Shown here: positions 47,564-57,715 of the stretch, piece by piece
How the letters are laid out: every line of letters starts with the position of its first letter
Position numbering within the stretch: the first letter of the stretch is position 1
Assembly (NCBI GenBank): GCA_965221165.1
Contig: CBDCRP010000002.1
Coordinates: 320,001 to 384,000 of the forward strand
From: a bacterium
GTDB taxonomy: Bacteria; UBA8248
Direction: 5' to 3'
DNA length: 64,000 nucleotides
Notes under the pieces: model-generated
What the model was told of the DNA's origin: nothing
The model's input: only the letters and a program-made list of their open reading frames with translations
Database searches by the model: none
Program-made: the position numbers and the translations under genes

Positions 47564-49786
47564 ATGATGGATACGACGCCAGACGGCAGACACGGAAAGA
47601 GCGAATCCTGGGTTCGTGAATGGGTGGGCTGGAGTGAACTCATTCCCGCCGGCAAGGTAGAAGCGGGCACATGGGGCACTTGGACGATCATCTATCACGT
47701 GGGCAAATATGGCGTGGACGATGGCGGGACAATCGTGCTCTCGCGTCGCTTTGCCAGCGATTGGGCCAAGCCGCAAACCGATGCGCCCGATGAGGCTCAC
47801 TATGCGAACGCGACTACGAGCGGCAACGCCTCCTTGAGAATAAGATGGGACCCGAAATCGAACATCAGGCCCTGGCAGCAAGGCTTGGCTATTGATGTGT
47901 TTGATAGCTATCTGGCGGAAGGCGACACGGTCAATATCGTTCTAGGGGACCAAAGCCGTGGCGGCGCGGGAACCCGCGCGCAAACTTTTTGTGAGAAAAA
48001 TTTTCGTTTCCGGCTCTTTGTCGATTGCTTCGGCTCGAATCGCTTCATCGAAGCAGCCGATACACCCGCATTTTCCATCGTCCCGGGAAAACCCGCCCGC
48101 CTCGTTATGCATGGCGCGACCGAACAAGCGCCGAACGAAACTTCCTGGATGCAAGTGAAACTCGAGGATATCTGGGGAAACCCATGTCATGACATAGACA
48201 CGGAAGTCTCGCTCACCGCGGAAGGAGGAACCTGCGAGGGCTTGCCCAAGGCCGTTCGATTCGAGCGCGAAAAACCCGCCGTAGTTCGCTTGGAGAATTT
48301 GTCTTGGGAATCCGGAAAGTGGGAACGAATACGAGGCGACGCAAACATCGACATTCCTCATGCATACAGCAACTACGTGCGAGGAACGGAGAAAATCCAC
48401 CAATGGCGGCCATTTTGGGGCGACCTCCATGGCCAAAGCGGAGAAACAGTAGGCACGAATACCGTGGATGATTACTTTGCATTCGCCCGCGATATGGCTG
48501 GAGCGCAATTTTCTTGTCACCAGGGAAACGATTTTCAAGTCACGGAAGATACCTGGAACGCCATTCGCGCGGCCACGAAGAAATACAATGAGCCGGGTCG
48601 CTTCGTCACATTCCTGGGGGTCGAATGGTCCGCCGTGACGGGCATGGGCGGGGACAGGAACGTCATGTATCTTGGTGATGATGGGCCCTTGCACCGAACC
48701 AGCCATTGGCAAATGGATGATTGGGATGACCAGCAAACAGACCGATATCCCCTTGATGCCCTCTACGACGCTATGGAAGGACGCGGGGACGTCACGCTCA
48801 TTCCTCACATCGGGGGTCGGCGGGCAAGTCTGGACTATCACCACACAGAGCTCGAGCGCGTCATGGAGATATACTCTTCCTGGGGACGATTCGAGTGGTT
48901 TGTGGAAGAAGCCTTGGAAAAGGGCTGGCGCGTGGGCATCACGGCGGGGAGCGACGGACATAAGGGGCGTCCGGGAGCCAGCTACCCGGGCGCCGCTATT
49001 TTCGGAGTCTATGGTGGTTATGTTTGCATCTATGCAGAAGAACTCACGCGCGAGAGCCTGTGGGAGGCGATTCAGGCGAGGCGCGTCTACGCAACAACGG
49101 GGAAGAAAATTCATCTCTCCTTCTCGGCCGGAGACCATTTTATGGGAGAGGAATTTGAATCCGCCAAACCTCCCGTGTTCAAAGTCCGCGCCATGGGGGA
49201 ATGCGGCATAGAATCGCTAGAATTGAAGCGCGCCTCAAAAACCATCTGCTCTTATCGGCCCAAAGATGCAGACGCGCGAAATTCAGATTGGTTCCGTGTC
49301 TCCTGGAGTGGCGCCCGCATACACCAGCGCAACCGCCAAACCCACTGGCACGGCGGCCTGCGGGTTGATAAAGGAAAGATTAAAGAGCCCAGAAATTGGC
49401 AAGTGGACAACCGGGAAGAAGGCATTCAATCACTTGATGAGCGGAATATCCGGTGGTTGAGCCGCACGACCGGCGATGCGGACGGCGTCGAATTTCGTCT
49501 TTCAGACGCAGATGGCGCAAGGCTCCTTTTCGAAACCAAAGTCGTTTCTTTCGATGTAAAACTCGATGCGGTCGGCACCGTTCCATATGTTGTGGACGCA
49601 GGCGGCGTTCGTCAAAAGGTGGAAGTGCAGCGCATCAGTCCAACTCCTGGAGACCCTGGCGCAAACATCACGTTTGACGTCAGCGAAAATGACTTTCACG
49701 ATGGATGGAACCCCTATTTTGTCAGGCTGATGCAAGAAGACGGGGCATTGGCCTGGAGTAGCCCCATTTTTGTGAAAAAGGGTTGA
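47564..49786 (+). CDS. DUF3604 / PHP-like metal-dependent hydrolase
   Basis: WGDLHGQS, GVEWS, IPHIGG, AGSDGHKGRPG and AWSSPI. Confidence 0.75.
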   Translation: MMDTTPDGRHGKSESWVREWVGWSELIPAGKVEAGTWGTWTIIYHVGKYGVDDGGTIVLSRRFASDWAKPQTDAPDEAHYANATTSGNASLRIRWDPKSNIRPWQQGLAIDVFDSYLAEGDTVNIVLGDQSRGGAGTRAQTFCEKNFRFRLFVDCFGSNRFIEAADTPAFSIVPGKPARLVMHGATEQAPNETSWMQVKLEDIWGNPCHDIDTEVSLTAEGGTCEGLPKAVRFEREKPAVVRLENLSWESGKWERIRGDANIDIPHAYSNYVRGTEKIHQWRPFWGDLHGQSGETVGTNTVDDYFAFARDMAGAQFSCHQGNDFQVTEDTWNAIRAATKKYNEPGRFVTFLGVEWSAVTGMGGDRNVMYLGDDGPLHRTSHWQMDDWDDQQTDRYPLDALYDAMEGRGDVTLIPHIGGRRASLDYHHTELERVMEIYSSWGRFEWFVEEALEKGWRVGITAGSDGHKGRPGASYPGAAIFGVYGGYVCIYAEELTRESLWEAIQARRVYATTGKKIHLSFSAGDHFMGEEFESAKPPVFKVRAMGECGIESLELKRASKTICSYRPKDADARNSDWFRVSWSGARIHQRNRQTHWHGGLRVDKGKIKEPRNWQVDNREEGIQSLDERNIRWLSRTTGDADGVEFRLSDADGARLLFETKVVSFDVKLDAVGTVPYVVDAGGVRQKVEVQRISPTPGDPGANITFDVSENDFHDGWNPYFVRLMQEDGALAWSSPIFVKKG

Positions 49787-49788
49787 AA

Positions 49789-50514
49789 ATGACGGCAGAC
49801 AAACTACCCGCCTTGGATGAAAGTTGGCAGCGGGCGCTGGCCATCGTGGCGCATCCTGATGACATGGAATTTGGCGCATCGAGCGCAGTCGCCAGATGGA
49901 CGGCGCAAGGCAAGGAAATCTCCTATATCCTTATGACGAGTGGCGAGGCGGGTATTGATGGCATGTCGCCGGAAGAAGCAGGCCCTGCGAGAGAAGAGGA
50001 AGAACTTGAAAGCGCCGCCATAGTCGGTGTGGAAAAGGTGGAATTCCTGGGCTACACGGACGGAGTCATTGAATACAATCTGGATTTAAGACGCGATCTC
50101 GCCCGAAAAATCAGAACATACCGCCCTGAAATTTTGATCACTCTTTCCCATCACCTCACCTGGCCGGGCGGACCTTTGAACATGGCGGATCACCGCTGGC
50201 TCGCTTATGGCGTGATGGACGCAGGACGCGATGCGGGAAACCGCTGGATTTTTCCAGAGCTGCTGGAGGAGGGATTAGAACCCTGGACGGGCGTCCGCAT
50301 GGTTTTGCTCAGCGGTTCTCCAAGGCCTACGCATGCCGTAGACATCAGCGAATACCTCGAGAAAGGAATCGCATCCCTACAGGCACATAAACTCTATATC
50401 GACAATCTCGCGCAAGGGTTCGACCCCGTCGGTTTCCTCACCCAGGCGGCTCTCGAAACAGGGAAACATGCAGGATTTCACTATGCGGTATCATTCGAGG
50501 CGATCTCCATATAA
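49789..50514 (+). CDS. PIG-L/LmbE family deacetylase
   Basis: VAHPDDME, TSGEAG and ADHR. Confidence 0.88.
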   Translation: MTADKLPALDESWQRALAIVAHPDDMEFGASSAVARWTAQGKEISYILMTSGEAGIDGMSPEEAGPAREEEELESAAIVGVEKVEFLGYTDGVIEYNLDLRRDLARKIRTYRPEILITLSHHLTWPGGPLNMADHRWLAYGVMDAGRDAGNRWIFPELLEEGLEPWTGVRMVLLSGSPRPTHAVDISEYLEKGIASLQAHKLYIDNLAQGFDPVGFLTQAALETGKHAGFHYAVSFEAISI

Positions 50515-50633
50515 ATTTCTGAAAAAATTGCTTGCCAAGGCTATCTCTTCTCAACTGAATTGGGTAGTATTCGCCTGCGGTTGGGCCATTATGCCCCTTA
50601 TCCTATTGATTTTTACATCTAACGAGGAAATGA

Positions 50634-51578
50634 ATGCTTGACGATGCAACAAAACAGGAACTAAGAGAAAAACACTACAACGCAACACTCGTGGATATCG
50701 TCTGGCAGCATGAGACGCTCGCATGTTTTCGTGTAAAACCCGATTTCGACTTTCCCCAATACAAATCGGGTCAATATACGACGTTGGGCCTGGGCAACTG
50801 GGAGCCCCGTCACGAGGACGCCGTCAAGGAAAAAGAACTTGACGAGAAAAGAATCAGGCGAGTGGGCAGGCGCGCCTATTCCGTCTCCCATCCCGTTGTC
50901 AATGGTTCGGGGGAATTGTATCCGACGGAAAATTTGGATTTCCTGGAATTCTACATCGTCATGGTAGTCGGCGTAGAAAGCGAGCCTGCGCCTCTCCTCA
51001 CCCCGAGGCTCTTTCTCCTAAAAGCCGGCGATCGTGTTCACATGGGCAAAAAGTTCACCGGTGAATACACGCTCGGTTGCATGAACGATATTCGGGACAA
51101 TGAGAACTCTCTCGTGGTCTTCGCCGGTACGGGAACCGGAGAAGGACCCCACAACCACATGATATGGGAGCTTCTTCGCACGGGCTACAAAGGCCAAATC
51201 GCCAGCATCAACGTCGTGCGATACAATAATGACCTGGCATATGAGCCCCTCTATCGAGAGCTCGAGAAGAAATACCCCGCCCTCTCATACCACGCGCTCA
51301 CCACGCGCGAGGCAGACACCGTGAACAATAAAGTGTATGTGCAGGATTATCTGGCCACGGGCATGTTCGAAGAAAACATCGGACGCAAAATGGACCCTGC
51401 GAACACGCACCTGTTCTTGTGCGGAAACCCCGCGATGATCGGCATCCCCAAAGTTCGTGAAGGTAACAAGATATGGCCGGAAGGTGCGCCGGGTGTCATT
51501 CAGATCATGGAAGATCGCGGCTTCACGATGGACTATGGCCGCACGAAGGGAAATATCCATTACGAAAAATACTGGTAA
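50634..51578 (+). CDS. fpr: Ferredoxin--NADP+ reductase (bacterial FPR type)
   Basis: GQYTTLG, RRAYS, GTGTG, LCGNPAMI and C-terminal EKYW. Confidence 0.88.
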   Translation: MLDDATKQELREKHYNATLVDIVWQHETLACFRVKPDFDFPQYKSGQYTTLGLGNWEPRHEDAVKEKELDEKRIRRVGRRAYSVSHPVVNGSGELYPTENLDFLEFYIVMVVGVESEPAPLLTPRLFLLKAGDRVHMGKKFTGEYTLGCMNDIRDNENSLVVFAGTGTGEGPHNHMIWELLRTGYKGQIASINVVRYNNDLAYEPLYRELEKKYPALSYHALTTREADTVNNKVYVQDYLATGMFEENIGRKMDPANTHLFLCGNPAMIGIPKVREGNKIWPEGAPGVIQIMEDRGFTMDYGRTKGNIHYEKYW

Positions 51579-51634
51579 GGCCTACATCTCAGACACCACC
51601 TCGGCGCAAGTAGACAGAATCCGCAGGAGAACCC

Positions 51635-52432
51635 ATGCCCGATTTTATTCATGAAGCCGGGGGCGCACTCTCCACCTTGAAGTTCAACAGAAAAGATGTT
51701 CGCAACGCCATCAACGAAGAAATCATGGAGGGTCTCTCCGATACCCTCAACATCCTCGAAGCATCGCGCGAGCTAAGAGCCGTCATCCTCACGGGCACGG
51801 GCGAAGAAGCATTCTGCTCAGGTGGCGACTTGAAATGGCTACAATCTTTTGAATCCCATGGCGAGGGCTTGGGCATGAGCAGGCGGATGCAGGAAATACT
51901 GGAGCGCCTATCCGCCCTGCCGGTGCCCGTCATCGCCGTTTTGAATGGATACGCTTTAGGTGGCGGGACCGAAATCGCCATGGCCTGCGACATGCGGATT
52001 ATGGAAGAACACGCCTACATGAGTTTCAAGCAAGCTCGGGTGGGTCTCATGACGGGTTGGGGAGGCGGGGGGCGTCTCCTCCACGCTATCGGCTACGGGC
52101 GAGCGATGGAATTGTTGACCACATGTAAAGAGTTAGGCCCGGAAGATGCGCTGGGCATGGGGCTCGTCAATACCGTAGTCCCAAAAGGAGACGGTCTTCA
52201 TGTCGCCAAAGCGATGGTGGAAGAAATTTCCAAAAGCGCTCCGGGTGCGATCCGTTCCTTGAAGGAATTGCTCTTATTCGGCATAGAAAATACACTAGAG
52301 AAAACGACGAGTTTAGAATCATCACTGTTTGCGGATCTTTGGGTGTCACAAGATCATAATGAGGCGGTAAAAGCGTTTTTTGAAAAGCGAAGCCCCGCTT
52401 TCAAGGGAAAACAAACGCGAAATGACAAATGA
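51635..52432 (+). CDS. Crotonase superfamily protein (ECHDC1/acylmalonyl-CoA decarboxylase-like)
   Basis: FCSGGDL, GGGTE and GWGGG. The second catalytic Glu is replaced (FKQARVG). Confidence 0.8.
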   Translation: MPDFIHEAGGALSTLKFNRKDVRNAINEEIMEGLSDTLNILEASRELRAVILTGTGEEAFCSGGDLKWLQSFESHGEGLGMSRRMQEILERLSALPVPVIAVLNGYALGGGTEIAMACDMRIMEEHAYMSFKQARVGLMTGWGGGGRLLHAIGYGRAMELLTTCKELGPEDALGMGLVNTVVPKGDGLHVAKAMVEEISKSAPGAIRSLKELLLFGIENTLEKTTSLESSLFADLWVSQDHNEAVKAFFEKRSPAFKGKQTRNDK

Positions 52433-54008
52433 CCATCCACAGATAAGAACACACTCAGGCCTCGCAGTGGAGAATACCTACGGTCCCGGGGATATGCCTG
52501 AGAACCATGACCCGGGCAAACCAGGCGTCTATCCTCTGACGCGCGGCATCCACCCCGAGATGTACAGAAAACGCCTATGGACGATGCGCCAGTATTCGGG
52601 GTTTGGAACCGCCGAGGAAACGAACCAGCGATACCGCTTTTTGCTCGACGAGGGGAACACCGGGCTTTCCGTCGCACTCGATCTCCCGACGCAACTAGGG
52701 CTCGACAGCGACAATGAGAAATCAGCAGGCGAAGTCGGCAAAGTCGGTGTGGCCATCGACTCGCTGGCGGATATGGAGACCATTTTTCAAGGCATCCCGC
52801 TCGATAAGATCAGCACGTCTTTCACCATCAACTCAACGGCCGCCATTCTGTACGCCATGTACATTGCGGTTGGGAAGAAACAAGGTGTTTCGCCCTCTCA
52901 ACTAACGGGCACCATCCAGAACGATATCTTGAAAGAATACGTTTCTCGCGGCACATGGATATTCCCGCCCGAGCCATCCTTGAGACTGATCGTCGACACC
53001 ATTGAATACGGCGTGAAAAACACACCGAGGTTCAACACCATCAGCGCTGCGGGCGCTCATTTTAGGGATGCAGGCGCCACTGCCGTCCAGGAAGGTGGCC
53101 TCACCCTCGCGGACGCCATCGTCTATGTGGAAAGATGCCTGGAGCGTGGCCTTGATATTGACGAATTCGCCCCCAGAATCAGTTTTTATTTTTATACCCA
53201 CATGGATTTTTTCGAAGAAATCGCCAAATACCGCGCCATGCGGACACTTTGGGCCAAAACCATGCGTGAGCGCTTTGGCGCCAAAAACGAGAGAAGCCGG
53301 CTTTTCCGCTTTGGCGTCGTTTGCGGCGGCAGCACCCTCACCGCACAAGAGCCCGAGAACAACATCGTCAGAGTCACCTATGAGGCGCTATCCGCCGTGC
53401 TCGGCGGCGCCCAAACCATCTTCACTTGTGCTTATGACGAAGCGCTTGCGCTGCCGACCGAGGAAAGCGCTCTGCTCGCCCTGCGCACCCAGCAGATTAT
53501 CGCTCATGAAAGCGGCGTGCCCGACGTGGCCGATCCTTTTGGTGGTTCATATTATTTGGAAAACTTAACTGGCCGCATGGAAAATGAAATGGCGCAAATT
53601 ATCGAAGACGTGGAAGAACGCGGCGGCATGGTCGAGTGCATACAACGGGGCGTGGTGCAAAGGTGGATTGCAGAGAGCGCTTTCCGCTGGCAAAAAGCGG
53701 TGGAGACACAAGAGCAGACCATTGTCGGCGTCAACAAATATGTGCGAGAGGAGCCACCCTCTCAAAAGATATTCACGATTGGCCCTGAACTTGAAGAACG
53801 CCAAAAGAAACAACTGGAAAAGGTGAAAAAAGAGCGAGACTCCGCGCAAGTGGAACTGAGTCTCAAGCGTCTCGAAGATGCCGCCAGGGGCGATGATAAT
53901 CTGATGGAGGCAATCTCCGAGGCAGTGGAAGCCTATGCTACTATTGGAGAGATGACGGACGTGCTCCGCGGGATTTTCGGAGAATTTCAAGAGCCAGTAG
54001 CTTTCTAG
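52422..54008 (+). CDS. Acyl-CoA mutase large subunit (methylmalonyl-CoA mutase N-terminal domain, no B12-binding domain)
   Basis: WTMRQYSGFG, GLSVALDLPT, GTIQNDILKEY and DEALALPTE. Overlaps the crotonase stop. Confidence 0.92.
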   Translation: MTNDHPQIRTHSGLAVENTYGPGDMPENHDPGKPGVYPLTRGIHPEMYRKRLWTMRQYSGFGTAEETNQRYRFLLDEGNTGLSVALDLPTQLGLDSDNEKSAGEVGKVGVAIDSLADMETIFQGIPLDKISTSFTINSTAAILYAMYIAVGKKQGVSPSQLTGTIQNDILKEYVSRGTWIFPPEPSLRLIVDTIEYGVKNTPRFNTISAAGAHFRDAGATAVQEGGLTLADAIVYVERCLERGLDIDEFAPRISFYFYTHMDFFEEIAKYRAMRTLWAKTMRERFGAKNERSRLFRFGVVCGGSTLTAQEPENNIVRVTYEALSAVLGGAQTIFTCAYDEALALPTEESALLALRTQQIIAHESGVPDVADPFGGSYYLENLTGRMENEMAQIIEDVEERGGMVECIQRGVVQRWIAESAFRWQKAVETQEQTIVGVNKYVREEPPSQKIFTIGPELEERQKKQLEKVKKERDSAQVELSLKRLEDAARGDDNLMEAISEAVEAYATIGEMTDVLRGIFGEFQEPVAF

Positions 54009-54142
54009 TAACCCTTGCTCCGTCCAACCCCCCTTGCTCAGACGGACAAAACACGGAATAATCACTGCCTGAAATAACAATCATCTAAAATATATAAACT
54101 TAGAATCCCAAGCGGCATATACACAGGAGGTGGCAACAAAAA

Positions 54143-56011
54143 ATGTGGACAGACGCCAAAAACGGAAACAACGCGGCAACTGATTACAAGTACAGAAGCG
54201 CTACAGTCGATCTCGGCAGTGGAAACATCACGATAGAAGAGAAATCCTGTGAGGATTTAGAGGATTTTCTGGGCGGGATTGGCAGGATTTTCAAAATTCT
54301 CTCACACCACGATGTATCCGACCCCTATGATCCCTCCGCCCCGCTCGTCATGGAACTCGGCTGTTTCTCAGGCACGAACCTGATGACGGGACTCAGGACT
54401 TTCTTCGGCGGCTATAGCCCGCTCAAGAGCACGCTCGCCGGCGCCCCTTCGGCGATGTATTCGGCAGGTTCGGGCAAATTCGGAACCAAGGTAGCCTGTG
54501 CGGGCATAGATGAAATCATCTTTACCGGCAGAAGTGACAAACCCGTCACGCTGGTGATCAAGAGCGATGCTCTCGGCGGCCCTGCGAGTCTCGAACTCGT
54601 GGAAGCTTCATCTCTTGTTGGCCAGGATTCGCACGAGAAAATCATGGCGCTCGCCGATGAATATGACGACGCGCATTTCGCCGTTATCGGCCCGCCGGGG
54701 GAGAATTACGAAACGAACCGCATGGCGTCCATCGTCCTGAGCACCGAAAACCAGCTTAAAACGAGCGAGTGCAAACCGAGATTCTGCGGGCGAGGCGGGT
54801 TCGGCGGCGTCATGGGTTCAAAAAACCTCATCGCCATCGTCGCGCAGGCACCCGACGACAAAACGGCCGTTACGAATATCGTCAAAGAGGCGAACAAGGT
54901 CATCTCCCGAGGCGCCGGCTCTAAAAACTACCGCGACGCCCACAAGGCCGATGGCGGCGGCGGCACATGGCGAAACATCGCGGGTCTGCACCCCATGGGC
55001 TGTTTGCCCGAGAGAAACTTCTGGGCTCCGGGGAATGACGATGCCGTTCAGCTCTACCGGGGCAGTTTTGAAGAACCCTACGTCATCAAAGACGAGTCCT
55101 GCTTCAAATGCGGCATTGCGTGCCACAAAAACATCTACGACAGGCCCGAGGGAGAAACCGCCGAGGGAAGAAGAGCGAAAAAAGGGAAATTCAGGGTCAA
55201 GTTCGACTACGAGCCGCTCGACCTCATCACGGCGAACTGTGGCGTCTACGATGCGGAAGAATCTCTCGATCTTGTCGAACTGGGCGATCGCATGGGCTAC
55301 GACGCCATCAGCCTGGGCGCCACCATCGGCTACGCGATGGAGTGGAACGAGAGAAGTCCCGACAAGCCCGTACTTGACGACATCCGGTACGGCGATGCCA
55401 AAAAGATGGATGAATTGATCCGAAAAGCAGCGGCGGGCGAGTGTGAAGAACTGGCGCAAGGCACCATGCGCCTGGCCCAGCAATGCGGCGACCTTTCCTT
55501 CGCCATGCAGGGCAAGGGCCTCGAATACCCGGCCTACCTGCCCGAAACCAACCCGGGCTACCCCTGGGCGCTGGCCGGCGGCCACATGAGCATGCGCACG
55601 TTCCTGCTCCTCATCCTGGATGGCCAGCAAACGGACATCGATTATTGGGAAAACGCCATCCTGAACGGCATCTACTATACGCGGGATGACCTCATCGGCA
55701 CGTGTAAATTCGCAGGCGTACCCAATGAGAACATCGTCGATAGCTTAAACGATATGTTCGGCCTCTCCCTAACGGAAGGAGAAGTGAACCAGGCCATCAG
55801 GCGCTCTTACTTGAGGGGGCGTTTGCTGGAGAAAAAAGTGGGCTATACCGATGAAGAATACGACGTGCCCTCCCGCGTGTATGAAGGGGCGAATGAGAAC
55901 GTCAAAATGCCCAGCTTCATGACGCGCGATTTCATGGATGAGCTGAAAAAACGAACCGAGGCGAATTGGGACAGGCTCACGGAGGAGGAGGGCATCGCCC
56001 TTCCCGCCTAA
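54143..56011 (+). CDS. Aldehyde:ferredoxin oxidoreductase (tungstopterin AOR family)
   Basis: SPL, GRGGFGGVMGSKNL, CFKCGIACHK, DYE, DRMGYDAIS and KGLEYPAY. SD AGGAGG. Confidence 0.88.
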   Translation: MWTDAKNGNNAATDYKYRSATVDLGSGNITIEEKSCEDLEDFLGGIGRIFKILSHHDVSDPYDPSAPLVMELGCFSGTNLMTGLRTFFGGYSPLKSTLAGAPSAMYSAGSGKFGTKVACAGIDEIIFTGRSDKPVTLVIKSDALGGPASLELVEASSLVGQDSHEKIMALADEYDDAHFAVIGPPGENYETNRMASIVLSTENQLKTSECKPRFCGRGGFGGVMGSKNLIAIVAQAPDDKTAVTNIVKEANKVISRGAGSKNYRDAHKADGGGGTWRNIAGLHPMGCLPERNFWAPGNDDAVQLYRGSFEEPYVIKDESCFKCGIACHKNIYDRPEGETAEGRRAKKGKFRVKFDYEPLDLITANCGVYDAEESLDLVELGDRMGYDAISLGATIGYAMEWNERSPDKPVLDDIRYGDAKKMDELIRKAAAGECEELAQGTMRLAQQCGDLSFAMQGKGLEYPAYLPETNPGYPWALAGGHMSMRTFLLLILDGQQTDIDYWENAILNGIYYTRDDLIGTCKFAGVPNENIVDSLNDMFGLSLTEGEVNQAIRRSYLRGRLLEKKVGYTDEEYDVPSRVYEGANENVKMPSFMTRDFMDELKKRTEANWDRLTEEEGIALPA

Positions 56012-56030
56012 GTCAATATCCAAAAACAAC

Positions 56031-56069
56031 AAAACGCCCCCTCAGGTGCTTCCTGGCGGGGCGTTTTTA
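56031..56069. terminator. Intrinsic terminator between convergent genes
   Basis: AAAACGCCCC...GGGGCGTTTTT stem-loop. Confidence 0.75.
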
Positions 56070-56110
56070 TTTCATGAAACCAATAATTTGTATCTTTTGC
56101 CTAAATGAAG

Positions 56111-56815
56111 CTAGACCCCCCGCTTGTCCCCCCACAACATGACATGAAGCCTCGGGGTGAACCGGAAACCGCGCTTCATCGAAGCCTCCGCCAGGGACAA
56201 CAATCTGTGCTCCATCTGCTCGCGCGTCTTGCCTCCCGGGGAGATGATGATGCGACTTCGCGGGAAATCACAAAGGCCGCATTTTTCGAGAACGGCGTCG
56301 ATTTCATCGAGTTCATCCGCCCGGTGAACCACGAATTTGAGGTAGGGTTCTTTGGCCTGGTGGAGCCAGTCGAGGGTTTTCGGCTGTTTTTCCTCTGAAA
56401 TTTGGGCCGACTGTAGTTTAGGCGAAACATTCCACTGATTCACTCGCTGGAGAGCGTCTTCAGATGGCCGAACGTGGCCGGCCGTTTCCACCTCCACCCT
56501 TAAACCTGCACGATGGAGCGACTCGATGAGCAGTGGAAATTGTGGGGATTCCAGAGGCTCTCCCCCCGTCACCACCACCTGGGCGCCTTCGTGCTCTTCG
56601 CAAAAATCCAGAATTTCAGAAATCGTTTTCTCTTCCAGCGGAGGACCCGCCCAGGAATACTTCGTGTCGCACCACACACAGCCCACCGAACATCCCATCA
56701 GGCGGATGAAGACGGACGCGCGGCCGATGGTCGCGCCCTCTCCTTGTAAAGAGAAAAAAAGCGGATCCGCAAGCGATACCTTGAAATCCGCTTTTTCTTT
56801 TATTGTCATCATCAC
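56111..56815 (-). CDS. queE: 7-carboxy-7-deazaguanine synthase (radical SAM)
   Basis: FFSLQGEG, CSVGCVWCDT, TGGEP, VETAG, SPKL and PRLHVMLWG. Confidence 0.9.
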   Translation of the reverse strand: MMMTIKEKADFKVSLADPLFFSLQGEGATIGRASVFIRLMGCSVGCVWCDTKYSWAGPPLEEKTISEILDFCEEHEGAQVVVTGGEPLESPQFPLLIESLHRAGLRVEVETAGHVRPSEDALQRVNQWNVSPKLQSAQISEEKQPKTLDWLHQAKEPYLKFVVHRADELDEIDAVLEKCGLCDFPRSRIIISPGGKTREQMEHRLLSLAEASMKRGFRFTPRLHVMLWGDKRGV

Positions 56816-56890
56816 TTTAGGCCCGCTTCTTCACCCTAGCCTGTAGACTCTCGACCCGAGAGTCAAAAGGGCAACAACACTTCTTATCAA

Positions 56891-57172
56891 CTACCCTAAC
56901 GCCGCTGCGACGATGAGCGCCACGCCGATGAATATCGCGCCCACTACTATACCGACCGCCCTGTTTTGATCTTTCGATAACGCATCGTTCACCGAGAATG
57001 GCGTAATCCACTCGAAAATCTTGTACCCAATCATCAACAACGCAATGCCGATCAGGCCATATACAATCGAAAGAAACAGGCCCGTGCCAACCCCTATGCG
57101 AGGCGCGCCTTGGGCGAGGGCCACGGCAGGCGTCATCAAGCTCAAAGCGGCTGCAATCGCTAATTTTTTCAT
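56891..57172 (-). CDS. DUF350 family small membrane protein
   Basis: YKIFEWITPF...NRAVGIVVGAIFIG. SD AGGAG precedes ATG 57172. Confidence 0.75.
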   Translation of the reverse strand: MKKLAIAAALSLMTPAVALAQGAPRIGVGTGLFLSIVYGLIGIALLMIGYKIFEWITPFSVNDALSKDQNRAVGIVVGAIFIGVALIVAAALG

Positions 57173-57204
57173 CTGTGAAACTCCTTGTTGGATAAAGGAA
57201 AAAC

Positions 57205-57637
57205 TCAACGTCGAGACATCATTCTCAAAATAAATATCAAGATGAGGGGGAAGAGAAGCATCCGCCCCAGACCGAAAAGACCTAGGCCGCCGAATCCCCA
57301 TCCCCCCAGCATTCCCAAACCCATGCCCATGCCAAAACCGCCTAACCCGCGCCGCCCGGCAGACCTTTGGCTGTAGCCCCGGCCATAGCTTCGCCTTGAA
57401 AAAGAACGCGCGCCGAAAGAACGCATACGCCCGAATCCGCCGAACGACATGCCGCCGCCAAAGCGTCTGGCCTCCGCAATGGATGGTTGAAGCACGAGGG
57501 CAGTGGTGATGGCGGAAATTCCCACGGCGCCGCGCACGATTGGCGGCAGCGAAACGGAGGCAAGTGTAATGAATGCACCCACAATAATTACCGAGAGGTA
57601 ATATACAGGGCGAAACGAGTGTAGGGCTGTTTTCAAT
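57205..57637 (-). CDS. Glycine/arginine-rich membrane protein
   Basis: AEARRFGGGMSFGG...GMGLGMLGGWGFGG followed by a C-terminal TM helix. The start is uncertain (ORF open to 57705). Confidence 0.55.
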
Positions 57638-57715
57638 GCGGCCTCGCATCGGGGGGGCGGTCGAAACAATAGAATGAGCCTAGCAGGGCGTGCGCAATTT
57701 CTCAATCACTCGTTT

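Noticed and set aside
56111-56815. queE as part of a 7-deazaguanine DNA-modification (dpd) island
   Set aside because: No dpdA/tgt, queC, queD or folE nearby. It is most simply the housekeeping queuosine gene.
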